Shown here piece by piece: positions 40,428-55,502 of a DNA stretch of 64,000 nucleotides (the stretch's first letter is position 1; each line of letters starts with the position of its first letter). The stretch covers positions 81,924 to 145,923 of the forward strand of contig JAQGDQ010000545.1 in NCBI GenBank assembly GCA_030141605.1, read 5' to 3'. The notes beneath the pieces were generated by a model. That model saw nothing but the letters and a program-made list of their open reading frames with translations, ran no database searches and had not been told where the DNA came from. Origin of the DNA: Tubiluchus corallicola (taxonomy: Eukaryota; Animalia; Priapulida). The position numbers and the translations under genes were made by a program.

Positions 40428-42339
40428 TAGTTAACATGCCACAATTTGAAATTGCATTATAATATTACAGTTTGGTATTTTTGCTAGTTTTAGCCAATCA
40501 ACGCGTCAAAACTGGTTAAGTTTCAAATATTGCCAGGATATTTTGTTTAATTTTAATTGAATATGCATAATCCTAGATTACGTGGAAAACCAGAATTAGA
40601 CGCACCAATAAAACAGTTTACAAGTGACCTTATAGCCGTGTTGCTAAAGTTTGATGTATTAATCCGCACACGAACGACACAATCTGCATGCTCAAAATCC
40701 TATTAAGGTATCCTTTAACACCCTGGTTCCCAACCTTTTGGACTGCACGCACCCCTAATTTGTTACACTCCTGGTACCACATCGCCCGCCACAAGCAAAA
40801 TGAAGAACCAATACTATAATTTAGCTAACACAAGGTGTTCGATTTTCACAATTTACATTAATAGAGACTTCATATGCGAGACAAGCTTAACTTAAACAGC
40901 AAATAGACGGACTCGTTCACCAAATCACATAAAGGTTATGCGCACGCGCCCTGCATGTGGACTTCGCATTGTTGCCTCTTTCACATCAGAAAAAAAGCGT
41001 TCACACCGGTTTCGTTTGAAGTTTAGAATTTGTAAGAGATCTTGTTTTAAAATGTTAGTGTTGATCACAACTCTGTGCTAATATAAAGACGATGATAAAA
41101 TCTGTAGTGACAAAAAGTATGTAATTGAATTTTCGTGTATATTGGAAGCCATGAAAGTGGGTATCTAACAAAGCACAGTATAGACAGACATTATGGTAAA
41201 GTTATGCCCGGCAAAGTTTGTTTATTTTAATCATCTGTTTATAAACGTGCCAGAATTTGTTAACACTTTCATGTTTATTCTTTTCATACTTGTAAAATCT
41301 ATGATATAAATACGAAATAGGAGAAAATTTCACTCATAATTTTTTGGTCTGATACATGTATGTAACTTATTGACTTTGTTCCCAGTGCTTGTTTCGAAGT
41401 CACATTCAGTTGCACAGAAACTTTACTGAAGACTGGGCCTGAGGCCCTGAACTCGTGTTTCTTCATTTAAAACATGAATTTCAAAAAGGAGAGTTTAAAT
41501 TCTTAATATAAAGGCAGTGAAAATCTCATTAGCTTGTATACTGATTATTATTTAAGCAGTTTATTTGGTATAAAATTGAAAGCATACAGTGATAGTAATT
41601 TAAACTTTTGTACAAATACAGTATCAATAAATTGCACAGTTGTTTATTAAAAACCCGTTTTGAATTTTTGGCAGGCATAAATAAAGGTGGACGCAAATTT
41701 TAACAATTAAAACAAGAGAAGAACAAAGTTCATCAGAAACGATGCAAACAATAATTGGTGCTACTCACTATACGGGTCAAATAAAAATCACCTAAAAAGT
41801 ATATATATATATATGTATAATAATAAACACTTTATTTCACAAATATAAACACAAGTACAGTTAACAAATCAGAAAATTATGTTAACCACACATACAGGAA
41901 CACGTCCCAACAAATAAGGGGCTCTTTATAAGCGCAGTTAATATAAAAAAAATACAATAATTAACAAACACATCTACATGTATATCACAGTGTTGGTTGA
42001 GTACATTATTTCTTAGCAAAATTATTTCGTACGTCTTAATTTAAAATCACGTATAATTATAGTTTTATTTCTTAACTTCCACATCTCCACTTCTGTTTAA
42101 AAATATAAACTTATCAATATCGCACATGGACGGGAATTCTGAAAAATATCTGATATTTGATTTAAGAATGCAGTCCTTTCTTGACAATAAACATTTTCTC
42201 ATATTAACAGGAGTTTTAGGTCTGGTATATCAATCTATGCGCGCTAACACAGAATTTTGTGTAAGTTTCCTTATGTGCTGCAGGAACTCCAGTAATCAAA
42301 AGCTCTATCTGTCTGTCTGTCTGTCTGTCTGTCTTTCTC

Positions 42340-42445
<106 letters not shown>

Positions 42446-43065
42446 TTAGCGCATGGGCCCCTTTTGTTTCTACAAACAGGATAAATATTCATATGAATCA
42501 ATGAAGTCTGTAGTAAAATTAAAAACTTGCTTCACTGAAAATGCGTTTGAACTATGTGAAGTCGTGATAAAACAACCCCCTCATCAGAAACGTGTTTTTC
42601 GTCCTGCATGTCGTAAGTATGAGCCTAGATTTACACAAAATGATTGCCCGTTTGTGATGGGAGCGGGCTTTCAAGGGACACACTCAAAATAGGTACCCCA
42701 AAAGGTCTATAACCGTCTCATTGACTTTGAGTGAACAGGCATCGAGCAGTAAAATTGATTTTAGGCGTGTATTGGGTGATTGGTAATAATGTCACAGGAA
42801 AAAGTCACAATTTTAGCTAGGAAAAAATCGTAGGAAAAAAGTCAAGATAAAGTCACAGAATCTTAAAAAATAGTTAAATACATAATCTAAGCAAAAGAAC
42901 GCAAAATGGAGGACAACAAAACTTTTGTAAGGAGTATAATAAACTGTTATCTTGTAATAAAATGACCTCGATGTGTGGTAATTGCAACTACAATAACACA
43001 GCCATTACCAACATATCAGTGTAATAAAAAGAAATGTTTTTTAATGGAAAATAAGCGACGGTCTT

Positions 43066-43635
43066 TTTGAAGGCAAGGTCAAACCTTCTGGAAAGTTAGG
43101 CTTATTTCAATTTTCACGAAAAATGTTAGAAGAATTTAGTAATAAAACTACACTAAACGCCCCGTGTAATTAGTACAGTGACTTTAAAGTCGCGATCACT
43201 TCATGCTTGGATGCTCTCATTTTCAATGTCCGTTCTTCCACCAAAGACGTCATTCGTCTTGCAGAAAAATAGTGCACTGTCAATCTTCATCAAAACTATA
43301 ACAAGTTTTTACAAAAAAATAGATTTTTTTTACAAAAACTAATTTTGTAATCTTTTTACTTGAACGTTACGTATCCTGCAGAAGCTAGAATTAGTTTCAG
43401 CAGCGAACGCTCATGGAAAGCCACGACGCGCTTACGAAAAGTCACGAAGTCTCCCAGTTACGTCACAATTTTCAAACGAACGACAGCAACCACCATGCTC
43501 GAAAATTTCTATTCAGAGGTAGTATATTTTAAATTTATGGGCAGTTTTTTGCAAATTTATTCGTTATATTTTTCTAAGTTAACTGATAACAGTAAAATAT
43601 ACAGAACGTACTGAGTGAATTGTTCTTTCCTTTAC
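43066..43635 (+). mobile_element. Kolobok-like element family B
   Basis: Colinear with 50149-50696; ends tgttctttccttta. Confidence 0.72.
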
Positions 43636-44054
43636 AGATTTTCACTTTTAGCTGCAACTACGTCGAATCATTTCCCTCGTATTTTACATTTGAATTTCCA
43701 CTCACGCTTTTTGCTCGTCTCAAGAATGACCACAAAGTTATTATTTCTCATAATTTATATATGCCGTAATGGCAAATGCATGTCTAGCTGTTTTGCTCAA
43801 ACACTGGCTGAGAGAACCGCGATTGTTTTCATGTTTTCCTGCATAATAACGTATTTCACATGCAAACTGTGACATAAGAATAGGATTTTGATCGAAGAAG
43901 CGGTTTATTTGTTTAACGTGGCTGGTAAAGTTAGACTTACATAAAACGCATTACGCATTTGAGGGAAATGTCAAATAGTCAGAACTGAATATTCCGCGAG
44001 AGGGATTACGTCTCATGCTCTAGCTAGGAGTTCATTCCGTTACTTTACAACAAT

Positions 44055-44415
44055 AAGCCTTTTCACAGTTGTTGTAGGTCAAAGATTAAGTGTACCACAG
44101 TAACGCGTCTTAACTACAACCGTCATGTGACATCTGGGTAAAGCAAAGCCGTCTGCCGCATCTATTCAGTAACTTCAGTTGTTTTACATGGACTTTTCTT
44201 AATTATGCATTACTGTGTGCGTAGAGTGATTTACTAGCAGAATCTTGCTTGGGAACAAGAAAAAATGAACTAGGCAACGTTCTAGCTGTTAAAACTGTTA
44301 ATTACACTAGCACGAGCTGCTAGGTGTTTCCAAGTATAAACAAATGCTTGTCTGGTGCACTTAACCTTTTACTTTTTTACGATCAATATAAACCGCTGGA
44401 GCTGCGAAAAGGCGT
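44055..44415 (+). mobile_element. MITE family C copy
   Basis: Colinear with 51973-52361 (aactacaaccgtca, tcttgcttgggaacaagaaaaaatgaa). Confidence 0.68.
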
Positions 44416-45229
44416 AGTAATTGTCCAAATATTATGGCAATATTTCCCAATATCCCCTTAACTCTGCAGAATTTAAAAAAAGCCCTATCATTCTCGCAAA
44501 ATATTCTTTCTTTTCTGAAAAAAAGCAGATCGTGCGACGTTTTTGTGCTGCACTCACCACTCAGTCAGCCTTTCTCTCAGACCACTGTGCCGCAAAAAGT
44601 AGGCAAGAATGGGGTCTTAATGGATGATGTCTTAGGGTCTTAATGGATGAAATGATTGTTATTTCTAATAACTACAAGATTTGCAGCAAAACTGTGGGTG
44701 GGTCACAAAATTTTGCCTTGTGAGCAATAGACCTCTTGATTCAGACTCGATACGACTGACATCCACGACCCACCAGCATTATAGTGACCCATTCTAGTTA
44801 AGCAAACTTTGTGCCGACCATTGATTAAACTTTATCTCATTTTAATTTACTGTCCAAAATATACATCTTCTTGCGTATAAAAATTAGCAATTGTCTCCAT
44901 TATTTGAATAATTACCTTGGAAAGTTAATTAACGGCAACCGAACACAGCTATCGCTTACGTCACAAATTAACCACAACTTGTGCAATGGGAGGCATCTTC
45001 CCTGCGCGTCCAGCACGATTGCATAAGCGAATATTGTTATAAAACGCTGATGTGATGTCACACACGAACACTGCAGTTCATGATCATGCTTATCACGGTA
45101 CCGCGCCTATTCATCGGCGACGCGAATGTGACAAAAAGGCGCCATTGCTAGTCTTAGTGGATTCGCTGAGCCTCGCGTAGCTTTGAAAGTTTAACAAAAT
45201 TTAACTATCCGAGGTAATTGTTATTATGG

Positions 45230-48200
45230 TCAGAAACTTCTTGAAATACGTAAATCGTACAGTCTTAGAACTCTGAATTGGCGTACATTGGGAGATTCTA
45301 TTGGCAGGTTTACGCTTCATAATGTTAGGGGCTCTAGCGTCATTGATTACGCTGTTGTTAGTAATGATTTGATAGATAAAGTAGTGGCATTTGAAGTGCC
45401 ATGAAAAGTCAACGAGTCAGATCATTGCCAAATTTCTATGATATTGAGAAATTTAATATATGCCAAAAAAGACATTACTTATCAATTACGAAAATTTCCA
45501 GAAAAAATGCGATGGAATGACTTAACTCGGGAACTCTTTAAAAATGCTTTGAAATCCGGCGTAATAAATTGCCAAATCACTGCGCTCATGCAACAGAATT
45601 ATAATATAAACGAGAACGAGATTGAAGCGGCTGTAAATAACATTAATTCCATTTTGCTTACAGCTGCATCTGAAATAGTTAAAAGAAATGGTCTAAATAA
45701 AAATAAACGCTACGCCCAGCAAAAACGCCAGCCAAGCAAGAATTGGTCTAACAGCCAATGTAAAGCAGCCCCCAACCGACTAAAATAAGTACATTTTAAA
45801 TTGCAAAGCGCCCCGTATAATTATAACTTACGAGAGCTGTGCTTTAAAGAACAGAGGTATTATAAAAAGATCAAGCAGAAAGCACACAGGGAATATCAAG
45901 CCCGTGTTATGAAACAACTAACTGAACTGGAAACTGAAAATCCGAAGGCTTTTTGGAACCTAATCAAACACCTGAAATATCATCAGAAACCAGAAAAATG
46001 ACATTGAACCAATAGTTTGGGTAGAACATTTTCGAACTTTACTGAATGGTAACGATAGCCATTGGAGAAAAACTAAAAAACTGTCCGAGCATGTTGAAGA
46101 AAATTACACTTCTTTTTCTCAGGTAGATTATAAAATAGCTGATACGTAAATCCTGACTGCTATTAAACAGTTAAAAAAATAACAAAACTGCTGGTACAGA
46201 AGGTTTAATAAACGAAATGCTCAAAGCTTCAAGCCAAGTTACGGTTCCTTGTCTTCGTAAATTATTCAATTTGATCTCTTCTGGTTCCTGCTATCCTACC
46301 CAGTGGAAGGAAAACTACATCATCACAATATACAAAAGAGGAAATGCAACAGACCCAAACAATTATAGAGGAATCGCCATTTCAAGCAGCTTAAGCAAAT
46401 TATTTGCGAAAATTTTGAAAAATAGGTTGCAAAAATTTCTGAGTGATAACAACATTCTCCATGAAAGTCAAATAGGGTTTAAAAGAGGCTGTCGCACCAA
46501 TGACCATATGTTTACATTAAAAACACTTATCGATAATTTTTTGAAACGAAATCATAAACTTTATTGTTGTTTCATTGACTTGCGCAAAGACTTTGATTCA
46601 GTTTGGAAAATTGGATTGTACTCTAAATTGCTAAAAAATAATATAGGTGGTTATTTCCTTAAGATTTTGCAAAATATGTACTCCAAAATGAATTACTCCG
46701 TCAAACTCGCTGGCGGATTAACAGAAGATATACCATCCTCCTTGGATGTTAAGCAAGGGTGTACGTTGAACCCAGATCCTGTCAGTCTAGGCAATTTTGA
46801 AACCATCTTCTGAAATTTCTGAAAGCAATTCTGAAATTGTCTTCTCTATGCAGAGGATATGGTCTTACTTTCTTGTTCCCAGTTAGGATTGCAACAATGC
46901 CTTAATAAGCTGAATAATTATTGTAGCGAATGGGCTCTGGAAGTTAACACTAAAAAGACAGAAATTATTGTTTTTAACAAAGCAGGCAGAATTCTATAAG
47001 ATTTAAACTTTACCCACGGGTCTGATAAGCTGGAAATAGTCCAATCCCATAAATACTTAGGGGTCGAATTCTTTGCGTCTGGTGCTTTCAGGCAAAGCTG
47101 TACCACACTAAAGGACAAAGGCCTAAAGATTTTTTACTGCATGAAAAGTACATCTCAAACTGCGCAAACCCACATACTGTTATCAAATTATGTGAACATA
47201 CTGTAGAACCTATAATGCTATATGACTCTTGTGTATGGGGACTTGGCATTGTTAAAATTAAAAACAATTCCCCGCATGTTCAAACTAAATTTGACAGTGT
47301 GCCAAGCGAAGAGCCCAATGTTAAATTATGCAGATTTCTTTTGAATGTCAATAACAAACGAAGCAAATATGCGACTAGGGCAGAACTGGGCCGTTTCTCC
47401 ATTTTTATTAAAGTAATTAAGGATACAATCCGCTACTGGATACATGTTATTAGCCAACCTTATGATAGTTATGTATACCAAGCTTATAAGGAAAACCGAA
47501 ACTTAGCTGAAAACTGTTTTGTTGGACTACTTTTGTTTAGTATATATTATGTGTATATGGCTTTGACAATGTTTGCAATAACCAGACGTTTTCACCTAAG
47601 CGACTACTTAATAAATAAGTAGAAAAAATAAAAACTGATTATAACCCTATTTTGGAAAGAAGAAATCCATAATGATAACAAACCTGAGGGAGAAAATAAC
47701 CTGCAAACGTATCAAACCTTCAAAAAACAATTTCAACTAGAAAACTATTTACTTTCTGGTTATTCCAAATATGTTATAACAAAATTTACAAAACTGAGAA
47801 TCAGCTCTCATACTTTGTGTATTGAAAGAGGGACGTCCGTCAAACCTAAAAAAAAAAATCCCAGCTGAGAATCGTATATGCTCATACTGTTTAAGAAATG
47901 AAATCAAAGACGAATTACACTTCGTTATAAAATGCCCATATTACAATGATCTTAGAGAAAAATTATATAATCGCATCAATGTAATTAAACCCGAATTTTT
48001 CCTTATGGGCGGTGCTGATAAATTTTTATTCCTGATGGGAAGTAATGATATAGAAGTATTTAAAGCATTTATTGATTATTGAAAAAGCGTTTTTAAGACA
48101 CAATGAGCAACATACTATGTTATGATCATAGCATTGAAAATGAGGCCTAATGAATGACAATTTATTTTAAATACTGATCATTAAACTTTCCATTAAAAAA

Positions 48201-48400
48201 CTAATATAACTAACAGGAAGATTTAATAATATCTGTTTTATTAGTAATTGTTTTGTTTGTATATAGTGTCGTTATATTTCATAATTGAAATAGTAAGTAT
48301 GTCTTGTTTTTTCCTTGTATATTTCAAAATTGAAATTGTGTGTATGTCTTGTTTTGTTTCTTGTACTGTATATATTTTTGACACTAATAAATAAATAAAA
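45230..48400 (+). mobile_element. Decayed 5'-truncated LINE (L2/Crack/Daphne-like group)
   Basis: Endonuclease end (GSSVIDYAVVS, ESDH), RT motifs DPNNYRGIAI, QIGFKRG, FIDLRKDFDSV, VKQGCTL and LLYAED, C-terminal RICSYC..DELHFVIKCPYYNDLR, (TAAA)n tail near 48385. Many stops and frameshifts. Confidence 0.9.
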
Positions 48401-48984
48401 TTTTAATCTAAGCTTTGATTTTAAAAAAGCTGTTGCAATTTTCAATATTTTAGAGCATAGCTTATTTTGAACTGTCCACACAATCCGTGGATACAGAATG
48501 GCGAATACAGAATTGATTTCACAGTACTGTTTCTATGCGGAAGTCTCCGCAGTACTGAGTTTTTGTCAGCTATAGATGTCTTTGCCCAGCTTCCAACCTG
48601 TTTGCAAAATGACAACTTCAAACTTGTACTAGTTTTACTTGTAGTTGCTTACACGCATGCGCAGTATCATACGACTGGTTTACGAAAACGAAAAAATTCC
48701 AGTTACTCCATATGTACGACTGTACCTCATCGGTTTTAAATCCGTTTATTATTTACAAAAATTATTGGTGCCTTTGCCTAGCTTAGGTTTTTACAGCACT
48801 ATGAACACTTTGCGATCTTACTCTGTAGATTGACAAAAATCAGTAAAGATAAAGCGAAAATGTTTTACATCGTAAATGATACATAATTACGACAAAATAC
48901 AAGCGCGATGTCAAAGTATTCTTGGAAACAATACATAATTATTGCTCATATTCATGTGCCCGTACAAGAAACTTTCAAAAACAA

Positions 48985-49575
48985 GGAAAACAGGATGTTT
49001 TTTCATATACCACCCTGTTTTAAAATGTGGTAAAGAGTATATATTTTAACGTCACTAATAACGCAAAAGCGTTTCTGATAATTAAATAATAGATTAAAAG
49101 CTTAATTAACGGTAGCACAACTATTGATGACATCACAAATGAACATAATTATCAGCAACACAAGCATTAGATGAGCATGTTGCAAGTGTTTACAAAGCAA
49201 AAGTTAAAGAAATTCAGTGTTATGATAAAACTCTGCAAGTTTCAAGATAAAAGTTCAAATTTCAAATTTACCACTGTATTCATGCATGAACTCTCGAACG
49301 TGGGCATTACATCACAAATGAACAGTTCTGAACCGAGAGGTACAGCAACTAGTTTTTGTGTAACTTGTTTCCAAGATGCAGGCACTAGTGCCCATCTAAG
49401 TAACAAAAGGTGAAATGCATGTAACAGTGAAGAACTAGCTGCATGAATGCGAACTTGCGTTTGTGAGATAATAATTCTTTCACATAAGTCATTCTTGAAA
49501 AAAATAGGTTCTGTTTCAATATTTTAAGGAGTAAATTGTTTTAATTTGCAGTTCAAGATTGGGTCCGGTTTTGCT
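48985..49575 (-). repeat. Interspersed repeat family A, inverted and more diverged
   Basis: gcgtttctgataattaaataatagattaaaagcttaattaa and ggcactagtgccc are reverse complements of family A blocks. Confidence 0.72.
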
Positions 49576-50148
49576 TCAACATAGATGGAATAAATTTACA
49601 GATATTACAATGAAGAAGTTGTGAAAAGCAGTAGAAAAGTTTCACTAAGAGTCACAGAAACTCAACGTGTGAATGTGATAAAGTCAATAAGGCATAAATG
49701 CATTTACAATCATTGCCACTTGCTGACATATTTTGCAAAACACGACTATAAATCAAGTAATTTTGGTGGAAAGATATTTCTTGTAGGAATAGGTGTGAAC
49801 AACAGACTTTTGTATGAAAGCTCGATGAAGGCTGCATAGCTGCCATTATATTTACTTCTCTATGCAAAAATATTCCAAAACTGCAGCAAAAGAAACACAT
49901 TGCACCTACAATTTGTGAGGCAACAGTAGGTCTAGCAAATGTACTGGCATGTTACAGTTATTCTGGCTTCTATTACATAAGTATATTATTTCATAGGTGG
50001 TGCCACACCTATTGGTAAACATACCAATATGTTATTCAAAGAACGACATACCAATCACTGGCAAAGGTACCATAAACTAGCTAACTAGCGTTCTTTAAAC
50101 TAAATAAAAAACCAGAAATTCTTGTCCACAATGACACAATTGTACTAT

Positions 50149-50696
50149 TTAAAGGGAAGGTCAGGTCTTCTGGAGAGTTAGCCTTATTTCAATGTTCATG
50201 AAAAATGTTAGAAGAATCTAGTAGTAAAACTGCAATAATCGCCTCATGCAACTAGTAAAATCACTTTAAAGTCGTGATCACTTTATGGTTGGGCGCTCCC
50301 ATTTTCAAAGCCAATTTTTCTTCCAATGACGTCATTCATTGATTGAAGAAACATAGTACCTTGTCAATCTTCATCAAAAGTATAATAAGCTTTTGCAGAA
50401 AAATTACATAGCTAATCTTGTAGTATTTTTGCATGAACATTAAGTGAGCTGCAGAAATTTGAATTAGTTTAAGCAGCATGCCCTAAACCCACAACACTCT
50501 CACGAAAAATCACTTCACAATTTTCAAGCAAATGGTGGCAACCACCACGCCTGAAAATTTCTATTCAGAGGTAGTATATTTTAAATTTACGCTTTATAGG
50601 CAGTTCTCTACAAATTTCTTTGTTACATTTTTCTAAGTTCAAGTGATAACAGTAAAAATAAAACCAACATACTGAGTAACTTGTTCTTTCCTTTAA
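50149..50696 (+). mobile_element. Kolobok-like element family B
   Basis: TTAA|AGGGAAGG ... CTTTCCT|TTAA, with intact TTAA on both sides. Confidence 0.78.
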
Positions 50697-51133
50697 CATC
50701 AACGGATTTACCACACCTATTGCAACGGTAACTGCCTCTCAAAGTCAAATAGAATGCTTCAAATCACCTATCTTTCTAGATGGCAAAATTCCGAGTTGAA
50801 AAAGCCAATTTGTTAACAGATCTGCTAAATGTGAAACATTCTTAACATTGTGTTCAAAGGTAAACACTATCGTGATTTAACAATACTTAATTACTTATCA
50901 AGTGTAAAAAAATAATTATTTTCAACCATATTGACAAACAGAACAATAACGATAATAAATTACGTAAACATTAATGGAAGATCTATGCAAAAAACAAACA
51001 CTACTTATAAAAGCTAACAAGGCAGATCCAAGAAAACACTTTATAACAGCAAAGCGCAAAGTTTAATAACATTGCATATATTAGATATAACTTGTACGTG
51101 CTAGGAAAAACAAGTAAGAAAAACCTGAGAGAG

Positions 51134-51213
<80 letters not shown>

Positions 51214-51675
51214 GAGAGAGAGAGTTGTAAATTATATGGCAGTACAATAATTTGTTATTATATTAGTGTCAGTTAGGATAATCAAAGGTAACCTAACGTA
51301 GTACAATTATAACAACATATAAAATATACACAAAAAGTTAAAAAAGGCAAAAATGGAAAACCACATAGAAATGACTAATTGCATGTGTAATGTGTGTATA
51401 GCAGATGAGTTTGCTTCCTCATTCTTATTCTAAAAACAACACAAAAGTATTTCATTGAAGAATGCTCAACAAAGCAGACAGGCTAAGAAAGCCTCACTTC
51501 TGTCACAAGTTCTCACAACTTTAGAGATAATTTCCAACAAAAGACAATGAATTGAACTAAACAAAAAACAGCACATTAGTGCAACACAGTTTAACAGCTA
51601 TCTACTGATGGAAGAAAACTTTCTCCATGTTCCGGGATTCCCTGCTGGCCTCGTCATCCTCGAAGATGCCGTATG

Positions 51676-51888
51676 TCAATCAACTGCGCTCTGGTAATAC
51701 ATGAGCCGTAGCTGCCGAGACTCGCGTCTGAGGGATTCGGCATAGAGCAATATGCTAACAGTAACAAGAAATGACACGATGATGCAGACGATGGCTAGCC
51801 ATGACCACATCTTGTTGGGATAGTCCAACGGTAGCGGGCAATTGTACGACAGTTCCTGATAGTCCGTGCTGTTCACCGTGTCCCAAAC
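51676..51888 (-). CDS. Orphan membrane protein, terminal exon (TM and cytoplasmic tail)
   Basis: tgttgcag acceptor in phase 0. VWDTVNSTDYQELSYNCPLPLDYPNK-MWSWLAIVCIIVSFLVTVSILLY-AESLRRESRQLRLMYYQSAVD*; GC-richer than flanks, basic residues after the TM. Confidence 0.78.
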   Translation of the reverse strand, partial: VWDTVNSTDYQELSYNCPLPLDYPNKMWSWLAIVCIIVSFLVTVSILLYAESLRRESRQLRLMYYQSAVD

Positions 51889-51972
51889 CTGCAACATTTA
51901 AATAAGTACTTACTGGTTAATACATACTTACATCATACACAAATACCTGCACTAGTTTCTGAACATAATAAT

Positions 51973-52361
51973 AAGCCTTTTCACAGTTTCGTTGTGCGCA
52001 CATGCAGTTGCTGTAGGTCAGAGGTTAAGTGTACCACACTAATGCATATTAACTACAACCGTCACATGACATGTGGGTAAAACAAATCTGTCTACCGCAT
52101 TAGTTCAGTAACCTCAGTTGTTTTACGTAGACTTTACCTAATTATGCATTAGACTGTGCATAGTGTGATTTACTAACAGGATCTTGCTTGGGAACAAGAA
52201 AAAATGAATTAAGTAAGGTTCTAGCTAGCTGTTAGAACTGTTACTATTAGAAAAGTTTGAGATATGAGGCATTGTCAAGTGTACACAAAAGAGTTGTCTG
52301 TTAGCTTAACCTTTGACCTTTTCACGATCAGCATCAATTGCTGGAACTGTGAAAAAGCTTA
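51973..52361 (+). mobile_element. MITE family C, possibly PIF/Harbinger-like
   Basis: TIR aagccttttcacagtt ... aactgtgaaaaagctt. Copies at 44055-44415, 55942-56220 and 4248-4530(-). Confidence 0.68.
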
Positions 52362-54070
52362 CTATTTCAGTATATCAAATTGTACTGCATCACTATTAAG
52401 GCATACATTGTTTACATTCTATCAAATATGGATGTAAAAAAATGGAGATACTATAATCATTATTTTTTGCTTCAATAATTTTTTTGAAATATTAGTAGCA
52501 TTTGAGATTTGTTTCAATTGACAAGATTGTTGAAGTAGCATTATTTATTACTATATTGTTATTATTAATAATATTACTGTTACTATTACATATTATGCAG
52601 TACTTTTTGGTAGCAGCATAGGCCCTATAGCAGTTTAATTTATTAACAGTAGGAAAAGGATACAATGTCTACATGTCAGCTAATAAGCAACTTGTAAATA
52701 ATGTCTAATAATCCCAAGTTAATTTTGGTTCTTTTTGTGAGATATCAGTTTCACTTGAAATTTGTTTGAATAGCATAGATTGTTTAAGCAGCAGTATTTA
52801 TTACTATTTAATACCAGTGAATTTTGTTAGTTGCATATAGTGGTTTAATTTTCTGCAATTAAAACACAAAAATTGAATAAATGAAATAAAAATCAAGTTA
52901 GTTAGTTGAACTAAACTTTGTGAATATTAATAATTACAAAACTATAGACTAGTGTTCATTCACACAATCATGCGCAATGAACAAAATGTTATGTTATGTT
53001 GTAGAGTATCTGAAATATCTTATTGCAGTGTGTTAAATCTTGATACAGCACGTCACATTTCTATATGTAGCTAGCAGTAACAATAAAACATTAGGAAACT
53101 TTGAGCAGACAGCAGGATTTTTATTAATTTTGAATAGGTTGATCTGTTCATGTTGCTCCCGCGTACTTCGGTCCATTGGTGACACTTGTCTAAGTGTTTT
53201 TTTGGATTGGGGAAACTAATAAGTCATACTTCTTCTAACCCTTCTGGGTACCATGGATGCCCCGCATAATATTATGCACTTCAGGTGCAAATACCCCTGA
53301 GGTTGGGAATAAGTTCCAGGTAGCCATCAATAGAAACGCATTCAGAGCCAAAATACTGCATCTGATTGGTCATTGCGAGGAGGATCCCCGCACATACGCA
53401 CATCCCCGCACAAAGGCACTGCAACACACACCAAACCATTTTTAACGCATTGGATATATATAATTTTAATTTTGTGTTTAAAATCAAAACACGAAGAAGA
53501 TGCAGTTTTCAAGGAAATACGTAATTGTTATTTTGTATTTAACATCAAAACACAATAAAAAGTTTTTCTTGATGACACTCTTTACCAGAAAAAAATCTAA
53601 AATAGTTTGATTGTTCTTCTAAATAGTCTTAATTGTTTTTCTAAATAGTCTTACCAACAGACATGATGGAACGCTCTCATAACAAAAAGCAAAGACATCG
53701 AAAATTGCCTTTGCAATATATAATCATCAGTAGGCCTATTGCTTGGCAATGGTGTCTAGACAATCGTATGACAAGAATATATTATAATAATTAGATGTGG
53801 AGCAATTTAATCCTTACTTGACAAAGTAACCTTGACAAATGAGTTGAGTAAATGCACACTCATTTCAAAAACACGGGAGGCAGGTTGGTCAGATACAGTA
53901 ATGATTCTATTGTTGAAAATGCACAAATTTTGAAAAAAGTCCTCGGGGGACTGGTTGCTCCCTTTGTGCCCCTATTAGCTATGCCACTGGCATTACTGGT
54001 TTTGTTGGAACTCATTAGCATCGCTAAGCAAAGATTTACAATACAACCAAAAACGAATACTATTACTCAC

Positions 54071-54216
54071 TGTAGACAAGATCACGTTAAATATCTGATG
54101 CAAGTCCTCAGATGAGAGATGACCCGTATTCATACTAATGCTTTGATTAAAAGCTCTTGCATATTCATTGCTCTCGATGCCAGCAGATATACCATCGTGC
54201 CATGTTTTATATGCCT
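54071..54216 (-). CDS. Orphan membrane protein, ectodomain exon
   Basis: tttgtttcag acceptor and ACA|gtgagt donor. EAYKTWHDGISAGIESNEYARAFNQSISMNTGHLSSEDLHQIFNVILST; phase 1 to 0. Confidence 0.72.
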
Positions 54217-54250
54217 CTGAAACAAACACAATTATTATTGCAAACATTAA

Positions 54251-54860
54251 CTCCTTCAGCACCACGCCACTCAAAATAGGTCTCTTAAAGACCTATGACT
54301 TTTATCTCGACTATCCGATCATGCTGTTTGTTTAAATATTTATAAGTGATTTAACTGGATAAAATTAAAAAAACATGCCCTTTTCAGGCACTCCAACTTA
54401 GCCTATTGAGTAGTTTAATCTGGCGTATACTTGCTTGATCGTACACACTACTTTATTGATCACCTGCTTGCTACAGCCCAAAAGAACTGTCTGCTCCACA
54501 TAGTTCCAGGAAAAGTTAACCATTAGCCAAGGACAAATTAAGGTCGTTTAATCTTTTAAGAGGAATTTCTGATTAAAAATAGAGTAGACTTAAAATAGTG
54601 TATCACAGCACTGTGTCTGCATAGTTGAAATTTTCTGCATTAACAGATTTCACACAAATGATACTGTACATTGTCACAGTGTAAACACTTCAGTTACAGA
54701 AAGCTTTTTTCCATTTTTTTGTCAAAAATAGATTTTTAATACATCTAATCATCTGTAATGTAAGCAAACATTATGTAAGGAATAGAAACTAGTTGTTTAG
54801 TGAGAGCAGTTTTTCATGTACCTACACAAAATGCAGCAAACTCTTATGGTCCTGTAGGAG
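54251..54860 (+). mobile_element. piggyBac-like non-autonomous element (family D)
   Basis: TTAA|CTCCTTCAGCACCA ... TGGTCCTGTAGGAG|TTAA (14-bp TIR, 2 mismatches). Related copies at 24385-25106 and 16540-16800(-). Confidence 0.7.
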
Positions 54861-55126
54861 TTAATGAACTAAGGCTTCACTGATAAGTATACTAAAGTCC
54901 AAAAAGCAGTAAAAAACGATTCCTGTCAAAAGCTAACACTATTGAACTATAATAAATCAATCTTTTTACCTAAATTTTAACTATTCTAATCTATATATGC
55001 TCGTAATTTAGATGGTTTAATAAGTAACAAAATTTCTCAAAGGAATTTGTATTTTTCTTTTTTGGTAGTGAACTAACTCACTAACTTTCATAAGTTACTT
55101 TCAAGCATTACACACACGTTCAAATT

Positions 55127-55502
55127 AAAAAAAGGCCAAATCCTCTGGAGAGTTTGACTTATTTTAATGCTCGCGAAAAATGTTATAAGGATTTATTAAT
55201 AGTACCGCAATAAGCACCTCATGTGATTAGTAAAATCACTTTAAAAGTCGCAATCAGTTCACCAATGGGCGCCGGAAAGCTGTCGGAAAGTCACGATGCA
55301 CTTACGAAAAGTCACGAAGTCTCCCAGTTATCTCTTAATTTTCGCATGAATGGCAGGAACCACCATTTCTATTCAGACGTAGTATGTTTTAAACTTATGC
55401 TTTATAGGCAGTTTGTGCAAATATCTTTGTTATATTTTTTTAGTTTAAAAGATAACAGTAAAATAAACACAACATGCTCAGTGACTTGTTCTTTCCTTTA
55501 AA
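55127..55502 (+). mobile_element. Kolobok-like element family B with internal deletion
   Basis: Both ends present, middle missing relative to the 50149 copy. Confidence 0.68.

Noticed and set aside
46217-46813. Functional reverse transcriptase or retron-like system
   Set aside because: Fragment of a LINE ORF2 with stops, frameshifts and a degenerate catalytic motif (YAED).
53281-53487. Extra exon of the orphan gene
   Set aside because: Flanking exons already join in phase 0; the region has repeated tgcgggg motifs typical of a transposon end and no convincing donor.
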